This document shows, piece by piece, positions 7,901 through 14,391 of a stretch of DNA of 24,474 nucleotides. Within the stretch, counting starts at the first letter, position 1. Each line of letters opens with the position of its first letter. The translations under genes and the position numbers were made by a program. Source of the stretch: an uncultured Azospirillum sp. (GTDB lineage Bacteria; Pseudomonadota; Alphaproteobacteria; RF32; CAG-239); the NCBI GenBank assembly GCA_946184595.1, contig CAMHFM010000001.1, positions 1-24,474 of the forward strand. The letters run 5' to 3'. A model generated the notes under the pieces. The model was not told the DNA's origin. It was given only the letters and a program-made list of their open reading frames with translations, and did not search any database.

Positions 7901-10478
7901 ACTAGCAAAAGCTGTAAGCGGTGACGGTGCAACAGAAGTTACCGGAGCCGTTACAGTTAATAATACAACTGGTTCAATCGCTCAAGATATCGATATCACA
8001 GCCGGTAGCTTAACAGCAAATGCTGATAAACTCACAGGCGATGATATCAATATTAAGTATGATGCTGAATTAACCTTAACCGGTGGTGAGTTAGATGCAA
8101 ATATTAATGGCTATACTGTTGATCCTCTGGATCCAACAACGACCACATACGGTGCATTGCGTGTTACAGGTGATACAACATTAAACGGAACAACAACTGT
8201 TGATGCTCTCACAGTCGCTGATGATATAACCTTAGATGCTGATGACGATGTAACAGTTAATACCACATTGGCAAATACTGGTACAATTACCGGCGCTGGT
8301 GATTTAACATTACTCGGTGCAGCTATGAGCAATGCTGGTACAATTTCTGCCGCATCTGTAACAGTTGGTGATGGTACAAATGCTGCCGCATTTACCAACA
8401 ACGGTACAATTGGTTCTGCAACAACAGACACAAATGTAACGGTTAGCGATAATGCAGCATTAACAAACAATGCAAACAAGACAATTACTGGTAATGTTAC
8501 AAACGATGGTACGGTTACCAACAATGGTGATATCACAGGTAATGTAACAAACAATGCCGGTGCAACAGCTACCAACGCAGGTAAGATTGCTGGTAATGTA
8601 ACAAACAATGCCGGTGCAACGTTCACAACTGCAGGTGTTGATAATGTAGATGATCCTCAAACAGGTGTGACAGGTACAATTGCAAATGATGGTGCTTTAA
8701 CCTTAACAGATGGCACAGTTGTTGGTGCTGTAACAGGTACAGGTACAACCACAATTTCTGGCGCTGTTGAAAATGGTGCTAGCATTACAGGTAATAATAT
8801 TGCAGTTGCTGCCGGTGGTAAATTAACCACAGCTGCCGATACAATTACGGATAAAGATGGTAGCATTGCTAATGCTGGTACATTGGAATTAACTGGTGGT
8901 GATCTTAACCAAAATGTAACGGGTGGTAATTTGGATATCAATGGTGATGTTGCAATCGCAACAACAGCTGATGTTGTAAGTACCAGTGCAACCACAATTG
9001 AAGCCGGAAAGACATTAACTGCCGGAGATAAAGCTGTTACTTTAGGTGATACAACCATCAACGGTACATTAGATGTCGGCACGAATGATAACGTAACGAC
9101 AGGTAATACAACAGTTGGTGCTACTGGTTCTGTTGGTGTAAAAATCACAGATTTAGCCAATGGTTCTAGTACCTATACTGGTGGTCAATTAAATGTAAAC
9201 GGTAATCTCACAACCGACTCAGACAGTAAATTAAAACTGGATATTGCTGATGGCTTGTTAGAAGATCAACACAGTCATAGTGGTAGCTTAGATGTGGTTG
9301 ACGTAGCAGGTACTGGTGGATTCACAGGCGATCAAATTGAAGTCAGCGGAGACTACGAGGTTACAGTCAATCCGAATGGTTCAATTGTCATCGTTAACAA
9401 GAATTCTTACGCTGATGTCAGCAACGCCGCAATCGGTAGCGCTAACAACGTTGCAACCGCAACCGGTTGGGATAATGCAACCAACTTACCTGACGGTAGC
9501 TTGGCTAGAGACATTCAAAAGACTTTGAACAAGATTTCTAAGAATAATCCGGGCGCTTATGTCAATGCATTGACAAATCTCGCTCCGACAGATTCTGCAC
9601 TGTATCAAAGTGTAGCCTTAGAAGTCAGCAACTTGATCAACGAACAAGTTACAGATCGTCTGAAGTCTCAAGGTATGAACTCTGGTGATGTCTTTGAACG
9701 TCAAGGCGCTTGGGTCAAGACCTTCTATAGCCACGCTGAACAAGACAGCGATCGTAGCACTCCAGGCTTTACTGGTAAAACAAAAGGTATCGCTTTCGGT
9801 TTGGATGGACAAGTTGATGAGAATACAACAGTTGGTGTTGGTTATTCTTACAACACAACCGATGCAGACTCTCTGAACAGAGATATTGATATTACAGGCC
9901 ATAACATCTTTGCTTATGGAAAATATCAACCGTCTTCATGGTTCGTCCGTGGTATGGTCAACTATGGTTTGTCTGATTACGAAGAGAAATCACATGTTCT
10001 CGGTTTCGTAAAGACTGCTGATTATGATGTCAAGAACTATGGTTTTAGAACATATGTCGGCTATGACTTACCGAATGGTTTCACTCCGGAAGCTGGTTTA
10101 CGTTATACTCACCTGACTGTTGAGAACTATATGGATAGTTTAGGTCAAGTTGTTCGTACGGATGATATTGATATCTTGACGGCAACATTGGGTGTTAACT
10201 TCCAAAAAGACGTAGAAACCTTTGGTTACAAGTGGACACCAAAAGCTCACTTCGGCGTTACATATGATTTGGCTAACGACGGAGCTGACGCATCAGTCGT
10301 CCTCGGCAACAGTGCATATAATATCAACGGCGAAGCTTTAGATCGCTTTGGTATTGAAGCTGGTGTCGGTGCAGAAATAAATATGGGAGATTGGAGCTTA
10401 TCTGCTGAGTATGAATACGGATATCGTGATAATTTCGAAAATCATACAGGTATGTTACAATTGAAATATAATTTCTAA
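1971..10478 (+). CDS. Giant type Va autotransporter / adhesin with Pmp-like repeats (2835 aa)
   Basis: Long N-terminal signal region ending ..AASPSWA. 13 GGA(I/L/V) motifs with FxxN-type partners in two blocks. G/T/N/A/D-rich passenger with no Cys seen. C-terminal ~260 aa of alternating beta-strands (GAWVKTFYSH...QLKYNF) ending in Phe. Confidence 0.93.
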   Translation: MRYTRTAITQLTKMYRSVLKKCAFLNALILTGVVAASPSWADYIDYINTETTAFQFGDVSIAGQEYMDNTAFGGRRGAWTDGKYLNTFPQYQLEGRSFGLSGSKAYVGPVELTLRELTDADHLIYNYQLNGDDVDLANLAHVDFGNTQSEIVAGVAGVIGADNAQYTAPGVVAFANRDDSKAAGSMTITNSNMVIDGATVNANTINVSSSNLTFAKKGADLLTAGLSPEVRFYTNAASIDSDGKSALNADTMTFDGSRVVVNAGAELTINPTTSATISNATTEGNGGAVYNQGTMNIGSSTFDGNTTASRGGAIFNYGTTSIDGATFTGNRTTSTSYPSQGGAIYNAGDVEYLDKYGILTISNSTFGDANDNTKGNIAMQGGAISNDSGNGYNAELTLNNTNFYYNKAQSSADGGYSALGGAIHSTLNDADVIVNGDTTFKGNSAIGYSAEGGAIYNSSWGKFTFNDTVTFDSNIAEDTNGANGGQGGAISNADGTMVFKDLATFTNNKAIGDGQTSGGALYNANETTFENGATFTGNEAMYGGAIFNGGTVNLTDASFTDNTAGDEGGAIFTYGGTVNINAVNSDVAFSSNTANGNANDITNYKSTINLNAASGKTIALEGGIDGLASMVAQNKVNITGAGTVEASTIKNQTVAVKGGELHLSNGEADGSNLAGSTVTVASGAIANTIDKTINNYSDKITLADGAKVKLDADLTGTGTIDTFAGSGSINIDGVNITSDGAGGSLTVAAGATIVVAENTTAYTTDKKYKVTGSASAGDGNITITQQTGAGGLEQAVDDTVPGTTQTVTYNLTNNDTVDSDVKVEKANFTINGDGTGALDKGVTLTAELGVDGNSTLTIDNTKIAGDGGSLSNDAGGTVNINESNIGVNMNINGTTTVKDTTFDHSVIHVGANGKLISDPTVYNGGVIVLDDPTAVVTTDGDTFQNTDRTGYNGGAIDASAGGSVTLTNNTVTNNKADAGAGIYAGANANTSITGGAFTSNSAVAGNGGAIYNAGALTVTDANFDTNTATGLGGAIYSTAAATINATGANVSFTGNTAGGNANDIYMQGADGADVTLALNAADGKSITLGSGIGGQYYDINVNATTTGNVALGDVAGVDAITVGGGAVSATTVDANALTLNDGTFTTTGVSTIDTLNTAAGKTFTANADLTVQGGTNAGTINGTGNVTLLGADMTNAGTISGTGTTTIGNGVDAAKLTNSGTITGSDIVISANATLNTAADTVTDADGIANAGTLNLAGGAGAGTAKALTSAMTGTGTTNITGFVTNDKSIAQGTVNVGTDDGLTVVAGNLANSAAIAADVVVNNQSTLTNNATGVIGSADPADIATDDYSLTVGTHATATNSGTINVAELGTWGNFTNAAGATINATGIENTFDGTANTGVFTNAGTINGNITNKAGATGVAGTFTNAATGTINGQFINQTGGTYTNNNKSLGAVGNFGTFNNAGQQGTRLGTVADYAAGVTNNANATLNNNANGDIFYVVNNANGTVNNAEGATIKHIDNGGAVVNNGTITGGIENYAGATLTSNASNITSASNYFKNDGTVTFTGGTIQRDIAKVTAGGGIVEIAGDVAVSANKTITDNSVKLTSGKFDVTALADSGAIDLSTLGTGLVANGGTLSVVDNAYETVTLGDVNTTAGNLNVAIDAALTSTGDPAVGQADVISIAAGKAVTGTNTIDISNIHITTEPVKTEFTFQVADDSAKANVSLSKTTITAGTDIPTASIGNLLLSYDNTTGIITGGHSDLANAINSTLATKAYTMGADEVVAANSVLAGTSLSITGGNTTAAGDLTVGDGKTLTLNNTTFAADLANAGNLNLGGTTTINGKVSGVGGATVLADSTVAINDTFTQNSLTIAAPSDGEHATTVTANASNLIIATGIDNDGTLSLTGGTLASAVSGDGSTVIDGTVSSTAAISNTAGITVKAATTADPSVASQLTIGASNVGAAVDNDGKLILQAGELAKAVSGDGATEVTGAVTVNNTTGSIAQDIDITAGSLTANADKLTGDDINIKYDAELTLTGGELDANINGYTVDPLDPTTTTYGALRVTGDTTLNGTTTVDALTVADDITLDADDDVTVNTTLANTGTITGAGDLTLLGAAMSNAGTISAASVTVGDGTNAAAFTNNGTIGSATTDTNVTVSDNAALTNNANKTITGNVTNDGTVTNNGDITGNVTNNAGATATNAGKIAGNVTNNAGATFTTAGVDNVDDPQTGVTGTIANDGALTLTDGTVVGAVTGTGTTTISGAVENGASITGNNIAVAAGGKLTTAADTITDKDGSIANAGTLELTGGDLNQNVTGGNLDINGDVAIATTADVVSTSATTIEAGKTLTAGDKAVTLGDTTINGTLDVGTNDNVTTGNTTVGATGSVGVKITDLANGSSTYTGGQLNVNGNLTTDSDSKLKLDIADGLLEDQHSHSGSLDVVDVAGTGGFTGDQIEVSGDYEVTVNPNGSIVIVNKNSYADVSNAAIGSANNVATATGWDNATNLPDGSLARDIQKTLNKISKNNPGAYVNALTNLAPTDSALYQSVALEVSNLINEQVTDRLKSQGMNSGDVFERQGAWVKTFYSHAEQDSDRSTPGFTGKTKGIAFGLDGQVDENTTVGVGYSYNTTDADSLNRDIDITGHNIFAYGKYQPSSWFVRGMVNYGLSDYEEKSHVLGFVKTADYDVKNYGFRTYVGYDLPNGFTPEAGLRYTHLTVENYMDSLGQVVRTDDIDILTATLGVNFQKDVETFGYKWTPKAHFGVTYDLANDGADASVVLGNSAYNINGEALDRFGIEAGVGAEINMGDWSLSAEYEYGYRDNFENHTGMLQLKYNF
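8538..8620 (+). repeat. 29-bp perfect direct repeat, 54-bp period, inside the passenger
   Basis: GGTAATGTAACAAACAATGCCGGTGCAAC at 8538-8566 and 8592-8620 (GNVTNNAGAT twice), with a degenerate third copy upstream (GNVTNDG). Confidence 0.9.
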
Positions 10479-10493
10479 GAGACCTGAAAAAAT

Positions 10494-10527
10494 AAAAAAA
10501 ACCGCTGAGAAATCAGCGGTTTTTTTT
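10494..10527. terminator. Bidirectional intrinsic terminator
   Basis: A7-ACCGCTGA-GAAA-TCAGCGGT-T7 between the convergent autotransporter and HAD genes. Confidence 0.92.
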
Positions 10528-10530
10528 GTG

Positions 10531-11355
10531 TTAAGCTCTTAAATCGTGTTCGGCTTTGATTTTGCGTAACCAAGCTTTGATAATCTCATCCATCTTGCTT
10601 CCTTCTGAGTAATCAGCCGGAGCGATGTTATTGACACGCTCTTGAGCCAGAAGCTTTTCGGCATATCGACTACCTTGCTTGGTATGCGGACGATAAACAG
10701 CAATAGCGCATCCGTTGGAGTTACGAAGAGTTGCCATACAAGGTACGTCTGTTAAACCGTCACCGATATAAAGCATTTGCTCAAACGGAATAGCTCTTTG
10801 CTCATGAGGCATCTTTTCATTCACGGAGATATCTAACTCATCGAGACATCCTTTGTTGATACGGTAAAGATATTGTGTCTTAGTCGTGTAATTCACAATT
10901 TGTGCCGGCCAAAAAGGAACCCCGTTTGCATCATACATAAAGGAATTGGCATAAATCTTGGTAAATTCCTTACTGATAGGACAACCGGCAACAATCTCCT
11001 TTAATCCGGAAGAAAGCAGAAAATGCTGCAATTCAATACCATTCTTTTTTGCATAAGCGTTAATACGTTTGAACCATGTGTCAACACCGGGAAAAAGCGG
11101 AATATCTTTTCCGAAATTTGCCAAATCTTCTTTGCGGAATGAAATATGTTTTGCCTTAGCTTCCTCATACATAAGATACATGTAACACAAATTTTTATCG
11201 GCAAATTGAGTGGCAGAAAGAGTATCGGATTTTTTCCAGAAACTCTTAGGTGTTGTCTTTAAGGTTTTCATAAAACCGTACTCTTGCATATTGCCTGGGG
11301 CAAGAGTACCATCGAAGTCGTAGCATATAGCTACCTTAATCAAAGATTTCTTCAT
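10531..11355 (-). CDS. HAD-superfamily hydrolase (phosphatase-like), substrate unknown
   Basis: Motif I YDFDGT, motif II LSSG, motif IV YIGDGLTD; 274 aa. Confidence 0.88.
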   Translation of the reverse strand: MKKSLIKVAICYDFDGTLAPGNMQEYGFMKTLKTTPKSFWKKSDTLSATQFADKNLCYMYLMYEEAKAKHISFRKEDLANFGKDIPLFPGVDTWFKRINAYAKKNGIELQHFLLSSGLKEIVAGCPISKEFTKIYANSFMYDANGVPFWPAQIVNYTTKTQYLYRINKGCLDELDISVNEKMPHEQRAIPFEQMLYIGDGLTDVPCMATLRNSNGCAIAVYRPHTKQGSRYAEKLLAQERVNNIAPADYSEGSKMDEIIKAWLRKIKAEHDLRA

Positions 11356-11399
11356 AATAATCGGTATATATTTTTTTATAATAATTTATTTTCTGACTA

Positions 11400-11428
11400 T
11401 TTATAGGCTGATTTACCTTGAGAGTCAA
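11400..11428 (-). promoter_or_regulatory. Candidate sigma70 promoter for the HAD gene
   Basis: Minus strand TTGACT-N17-TATAAA; the -35 overlaps a GANTC site (11422-11426). Confidence 0.6.
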
Positions 11429-11518
11429 TAAAAGAGGTGTTTTAAAAAAGGAATTAAGACAAAATTAAAAATAAAATTATTATAATTTCATTCATACCGC
11501 ATATTGAGGATTTTTTTG

Positions 11519-12055
11519 ATGAATAATACAGTTATTGCTAACGAAGAAATAGATCAAAACAAATTAAATAAGGCTAAAAAAATCATTTTGGAATTGCAAA
11601 ATGACTTGAGAACATATATTGCAAACGGTTCCGGACCTTTTTTAGCCGCTATTTATGATGAAAAAGGAAATCTAATAGCAAAAGCCGCTAATAGTGTTGT
11701 TTCTGAAAAATGCAGTCATAATCATGCTGAAATGAATACGATAAAAGCAGCAGAAAAGGCTTTAGATACATACGATTTATCTTCTCATAACCTAAGCCTT
11801 TATGTGACAGCTGAGCCATGTATGATGTGTTTAGGGGGAATTATGTGGTCAGGTATTCGAGAAGTTTATTATGGTGTGCCGTCAAAAAGCGTTGAAACCA
11901 TAACCGGTTTTGACGAAGGATTTAAGCCGGATTGGTTGAATGAATTTAAAAACCGCAACATCACGGTTTATGGTAATATTGAGGTTGAAGCCGGAGAAAA
12001 TGTTTTGAGAGAATATGTTGCTCTCGGACATACGGTTTATCAGCCGGAAAGATAG
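11519..12055 (+). CDS. Zinc-dependent nucleoside/nucleobase deaminase (CDA fold, guanine-deaminase-like)
   Basis: HAE and EPCMMC zinc motifs, SGPFLAAI and GFDEG segments. Start reassigned to ATG 11519, which is 8 nt after GAGGA (11506-11510). Confidence 0.88.
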   Translation: MNNTVIANEEIDQNKLNKAKKIILELQNDLRTYIANGSGPFLAAIYDEKGNLIAKAANSVVSEKCSHNHAEMNTIKAAEKALDTYDLSSHNLSLYVTAEPCMMCLGGIMWSGIREVYYGVPSKSVETITGFDEGFKPDWLNEFKNRNITVYGNIEVEAGENVLREYVALGHTVYQPER

Positions 12056-12159
12056 TGTTAAAAACTAAATAATATACCCCAAAAGACTAATACTATAATC
12101 GATATTTTCAAGGGCCTGACTCTCATCTAAAATAACCTTGTAATGTTGGCAAAATTAAG

Positions 12160-12187
12160 TTGCAATATCCGAAAAAAAAACTATAAT
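12160..12187 (+). promoter_or_regulatory. Candidate hydCBA promoter
   Basis: TTGCAA-N16-TATAAT; the spacer contains an A9 run (12172-12180). Confidence 0.65.
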
Positions 12188-12195
12188 GCGGACAG

Positions 12196-12214
12196 AAAAT
12201 TAAACTTTAATTTT
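12196..12214. promoter_or_regulatory. 9-1-9 palindrome abutting the hydC RBS, possible operator
   Basis: AAAATTAAA-C-TTTAATTTT directly before AGGAG (12215-12219). The arms are A/T only, so chance occurrence is possible. Confidence 0.35.
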
Positions 12215-12225
12215 AGGAGATGAAT

Positions 12226-12705
12226 ATGGATAATGAGCCTTGTTTAGGTTGCCAAGTTGGTGACAAATGGCGCAAGAAACGCGGATCTCTTATTATGGCT
12301 TTGCACGAAATTCAAGGTGCTAAAGGCTATGTTGATTGGAAAGACGCAACAGATCTTTCTCAAACAATGGGAATTCCGCTTGCCCGCATTTATGAAGTTT
12401 TGACGTTTTATAACTTCTTTAAACTTGTTGCTCCGGGAAAAGCAGTTATTTCTGTCTGCACAGGAACAGCGTGCTATCTGAAAGGTAATGACAAGGTTCT
12501 CGAAAAATTCAAATCCGAACTGAAAATTAAAGAGGGAGAAAGTACTCCCGACGGACTGTTCCATTTACAATGCGTACGTTGTGTCGGTTGCTGCGGTTTG
12601 GCACCGGTTTGCGTCGTAAATGGTAAAACATACGGCCGTATGACACCGGAACAAGTGCCTGGAATCTTAAATGAATGGCGTGAAAAATTTAAGGAGGAGG
12701 CATAA
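12226..12705 (+). CDS. hydC: [FeFe]-hydrogenase gamma subunit, NuoE-like [2Fe-2S]
   Basis: YEVLTFYNFF, CTGTAC and CVRCVGCCGLAP motifs. The ATG at 12226 fits the RBS spacing better than 12220. Confidence 0.92.
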   Translation: MDNEPCLGCQVGDKWRKKRGSLIMALHEIQGAKGYVDWKDATDLSQTMGIPLARIYEVLTFYNFFKLVAPGKAVISVCTGTACYLKGNDKVLEKFKSELKIKEGESTPDGLFHLQCVRCVGCCGLAPVCVVNGKTYGRMTPEQVPGILNEWREKFKEEA

Positions 12706-12706
12706 T

Positions 12707-14386
12707 ATGGTAGATATGGCTGAAATTATGAAAAAGTTTGATATTCATGAAATTGCGAAAAACAAACTTGCTGAAATTGAAAAGTATGAATGTAGTATTT
12801 ATTGTTGTCATTCTACCGGTTGTAAGTCTTCCGGAAGTGATGATTTAATTGCTCTTATCCATAGCATCTTAGAAGAAAAAGGTTTAACTGATAAAGTTCG
12901 TGTTGTTGCAACCGGATGTATGGGACTTTGCGCACAAGGTCCGCTTATTAGGGTTGAGATTAAAGGTAAAAAAGACATTTTGTTTAAGCGCCTTAATCAA
13001 GAAGCAACTCGCTCTATTATGGAAAAATATGTCGTTCCGGCTCTCGGTACAAACGGTGAAATGCCTATTGCTGAAGAGTTAAAACCATATGTTTTATCTC
13101 TTGATTTGCCGTTCTTTACAAAACAAGAAAAAGTTGTTTTGAAAAATGCCGGACATATCGATCCTGAAGATATTACCGAATACATGGCTCGCGGTGGTTA
13201 CTTGGCTTTAGAAAAAGCTTTGAAGACAATGACCCCGGCACAAGTCGTTGATGAAATTAAAAAATCTGGTTTGCGTGGCCGTGGTGGCGGTGGTTTCTCA
13301 ACCGGTATGAAATGGGAATTAGCTGCTAAAGTTCCGACAATTGATGAAAAATTCATCATTTGTAATGGTGATGAAGGCGACCCAGGAGCTTATATGGATC
13401 GTTCTATTTTGGAAGGTGATCCGCATGCCGTTATTGAAGGTATGATGATTGCTGCTTATGCAATCGGTGCAACAGAAGGTTGGTTCTATGTTCGTGCTGA
13501 ATATCCGTTGGCTGTTGAACGCTTAAAGAAAGCTATCCAAGCCTGCAAAAAGAATATGTTGCTCGGTAAAAATATTATGGGTACGGATTTCTCATTTAAT
13601 GTTGATATTCGTTTGGGTGCCGGCGCATTCGTTTGCGGTGAGGAAACAGCGTTAATTCATTCTATTGAAGGCGCTCGCGGTACACCACGTCCGAGACCAC
13701 CATATCCGACGAATAAAGGTCTGTGGGGTAAGCCATCTTGCGTTAATAACGTTGAAACCTTGGCAAACGTTTCAAAGATTTTATTGAAGGGCGCTGATTG
13801 GTTTGCTTCTTTCGGAACAGAAACTTCTAAAGGAACAAAAGTTTTCGCCTTAACAGGACAAGTCGAACATTCCGGCTTGATTGAAGTTCCGATGGGAACA
13901 ACAATTAACGAAATCGTTAATGAAATCGGTGGCGGTGTTCCTCAGGGAAAAACTTTGAAAGCTGTTCAAACAGGTGGTCCGTCTGGAGGTGTTATTCCTG
14001 CTAAATATATGGATATGCCGGTTTGCTATGAAGAGTTGAAAAAACTTGGTTCTATTATGGGATCAGGTGGTATGATTGTTATTGATGACTCTTCTGATAT
14101 GGTTTCATTGGCTAAATTCTATTTGGATTTCACAGTTGATGAATCTTGCGGTAAATGCGCACCATGCCGAATTGGTGGTAAGCAGATGTTGATACTCCTT
14201 GATAAAATTAATCGTGGTCGCGGTAAAAAGAAAGATTTGGAGCAATTGAGAAAAATTGCTTATGCAATGCAGAAAGCTTCACTTTGCGGTTTAGGTCAGA
14301 CAGCGCCAAATCCGGTTTTATCAACGCTTCGTTTCTATGAAGAAGAATATACAAATAAACTGCTTGACGGTAAAGATAAGGAGTAA
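12707..14386 (+). CDS. hydB: [FeFe]-hydrogenase beta subunit, NuoF-like FMN/NAD(H)-binding, C-terminally shortened
   Basis: N-terminal thioredoxin-like Cys motifs (CCHSTGC, GCMGLC), GLRGRGGGGF, NGDEGDPGAYMDR, GAFVCGEET, ESCGKCAPCRIG...SLCGLG. AGGAGG RBS supports ATG 12707. Confidence 0.93.
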   Translation: MVDMAEIMKKFDIHEIAKNKLAEIEKYECSIYCCHSTGCKSSGSDDLIALIHSILEEKGLTDKVRVVATGCMGLCAQGPLIRVEIKGKKDILFKRLNQEATRSIMEKYVVPALGTNGEMPIAEELKPYVLSLDLPFFTKQEKVVLKNAGHIDPEDITEYMARGGYLALEKALKTMTPAQVVDEIKKSGLRGRGGGGFSTGMKWELAAKVPTIDEKFIICNGDEGDPGAYMDRSILEGDPHAVIEGMMIAAYAIGATEGWFYVRAEYPLAVERLKKAIQACKKNMLLGKNIMGTDFSFNVDIRLGAGAFVCGEETALIHSIEGARGTPRPRPPYPTNKGLWGKPSCVNNVETLANVSKILLKGADWFASFGTETSKGTKVFALTGQVEHSGLIEVPMGTTINEIVNEIGGGVPQGKTLKAVQTGGPSGGVIPAKYMDMPVCYEELKKLGSIMGSGGMIVIDDSSDMVSLAKFYLDFTVDESCGKCAPCRIGGKQMLILLDKINRGRGKKKDLEQLRKIAYAMQKASLCGLGQTAPNPVLSTLRFYEEEYTNKLLDGKDKE

Positions 14387-14391
14387 TCAAG

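Noticed and set aside
2110-9929. Many antisense and alternate-frame ORFs inside the autotransporter (up to 171 aa, e.g. 5483-5962, 8111-8626, 8657-9160)
   Set aside because: Explained by the biased codon composition of the passenger. They are V/P/A/L-rich mirrors with no RBS or motifs.
10531-12055. HAD plus deaminase as an anti-phage system (Kongming, AvcID or RADAR type)
   Set aside because: No sirtuin, HAM1, kinase or ATPase partner; the genes are divergent; the deaminase looks like a stand-alone salvage enzyme.
11504-12706. ORF-track starts at 11504, 12220 and 12671
   Set aside because: RBS positions favour downstream ATGs at 11519, 12226 and 12707.
14340-14391. hydB as a pseudogene with a premature stop or frameshift
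   Set aside because: No residual ferredoxin-domain sequence follows, the hydA RBS is embedded in the hydB 3' end, and an upstream ligand Cys is also lost.
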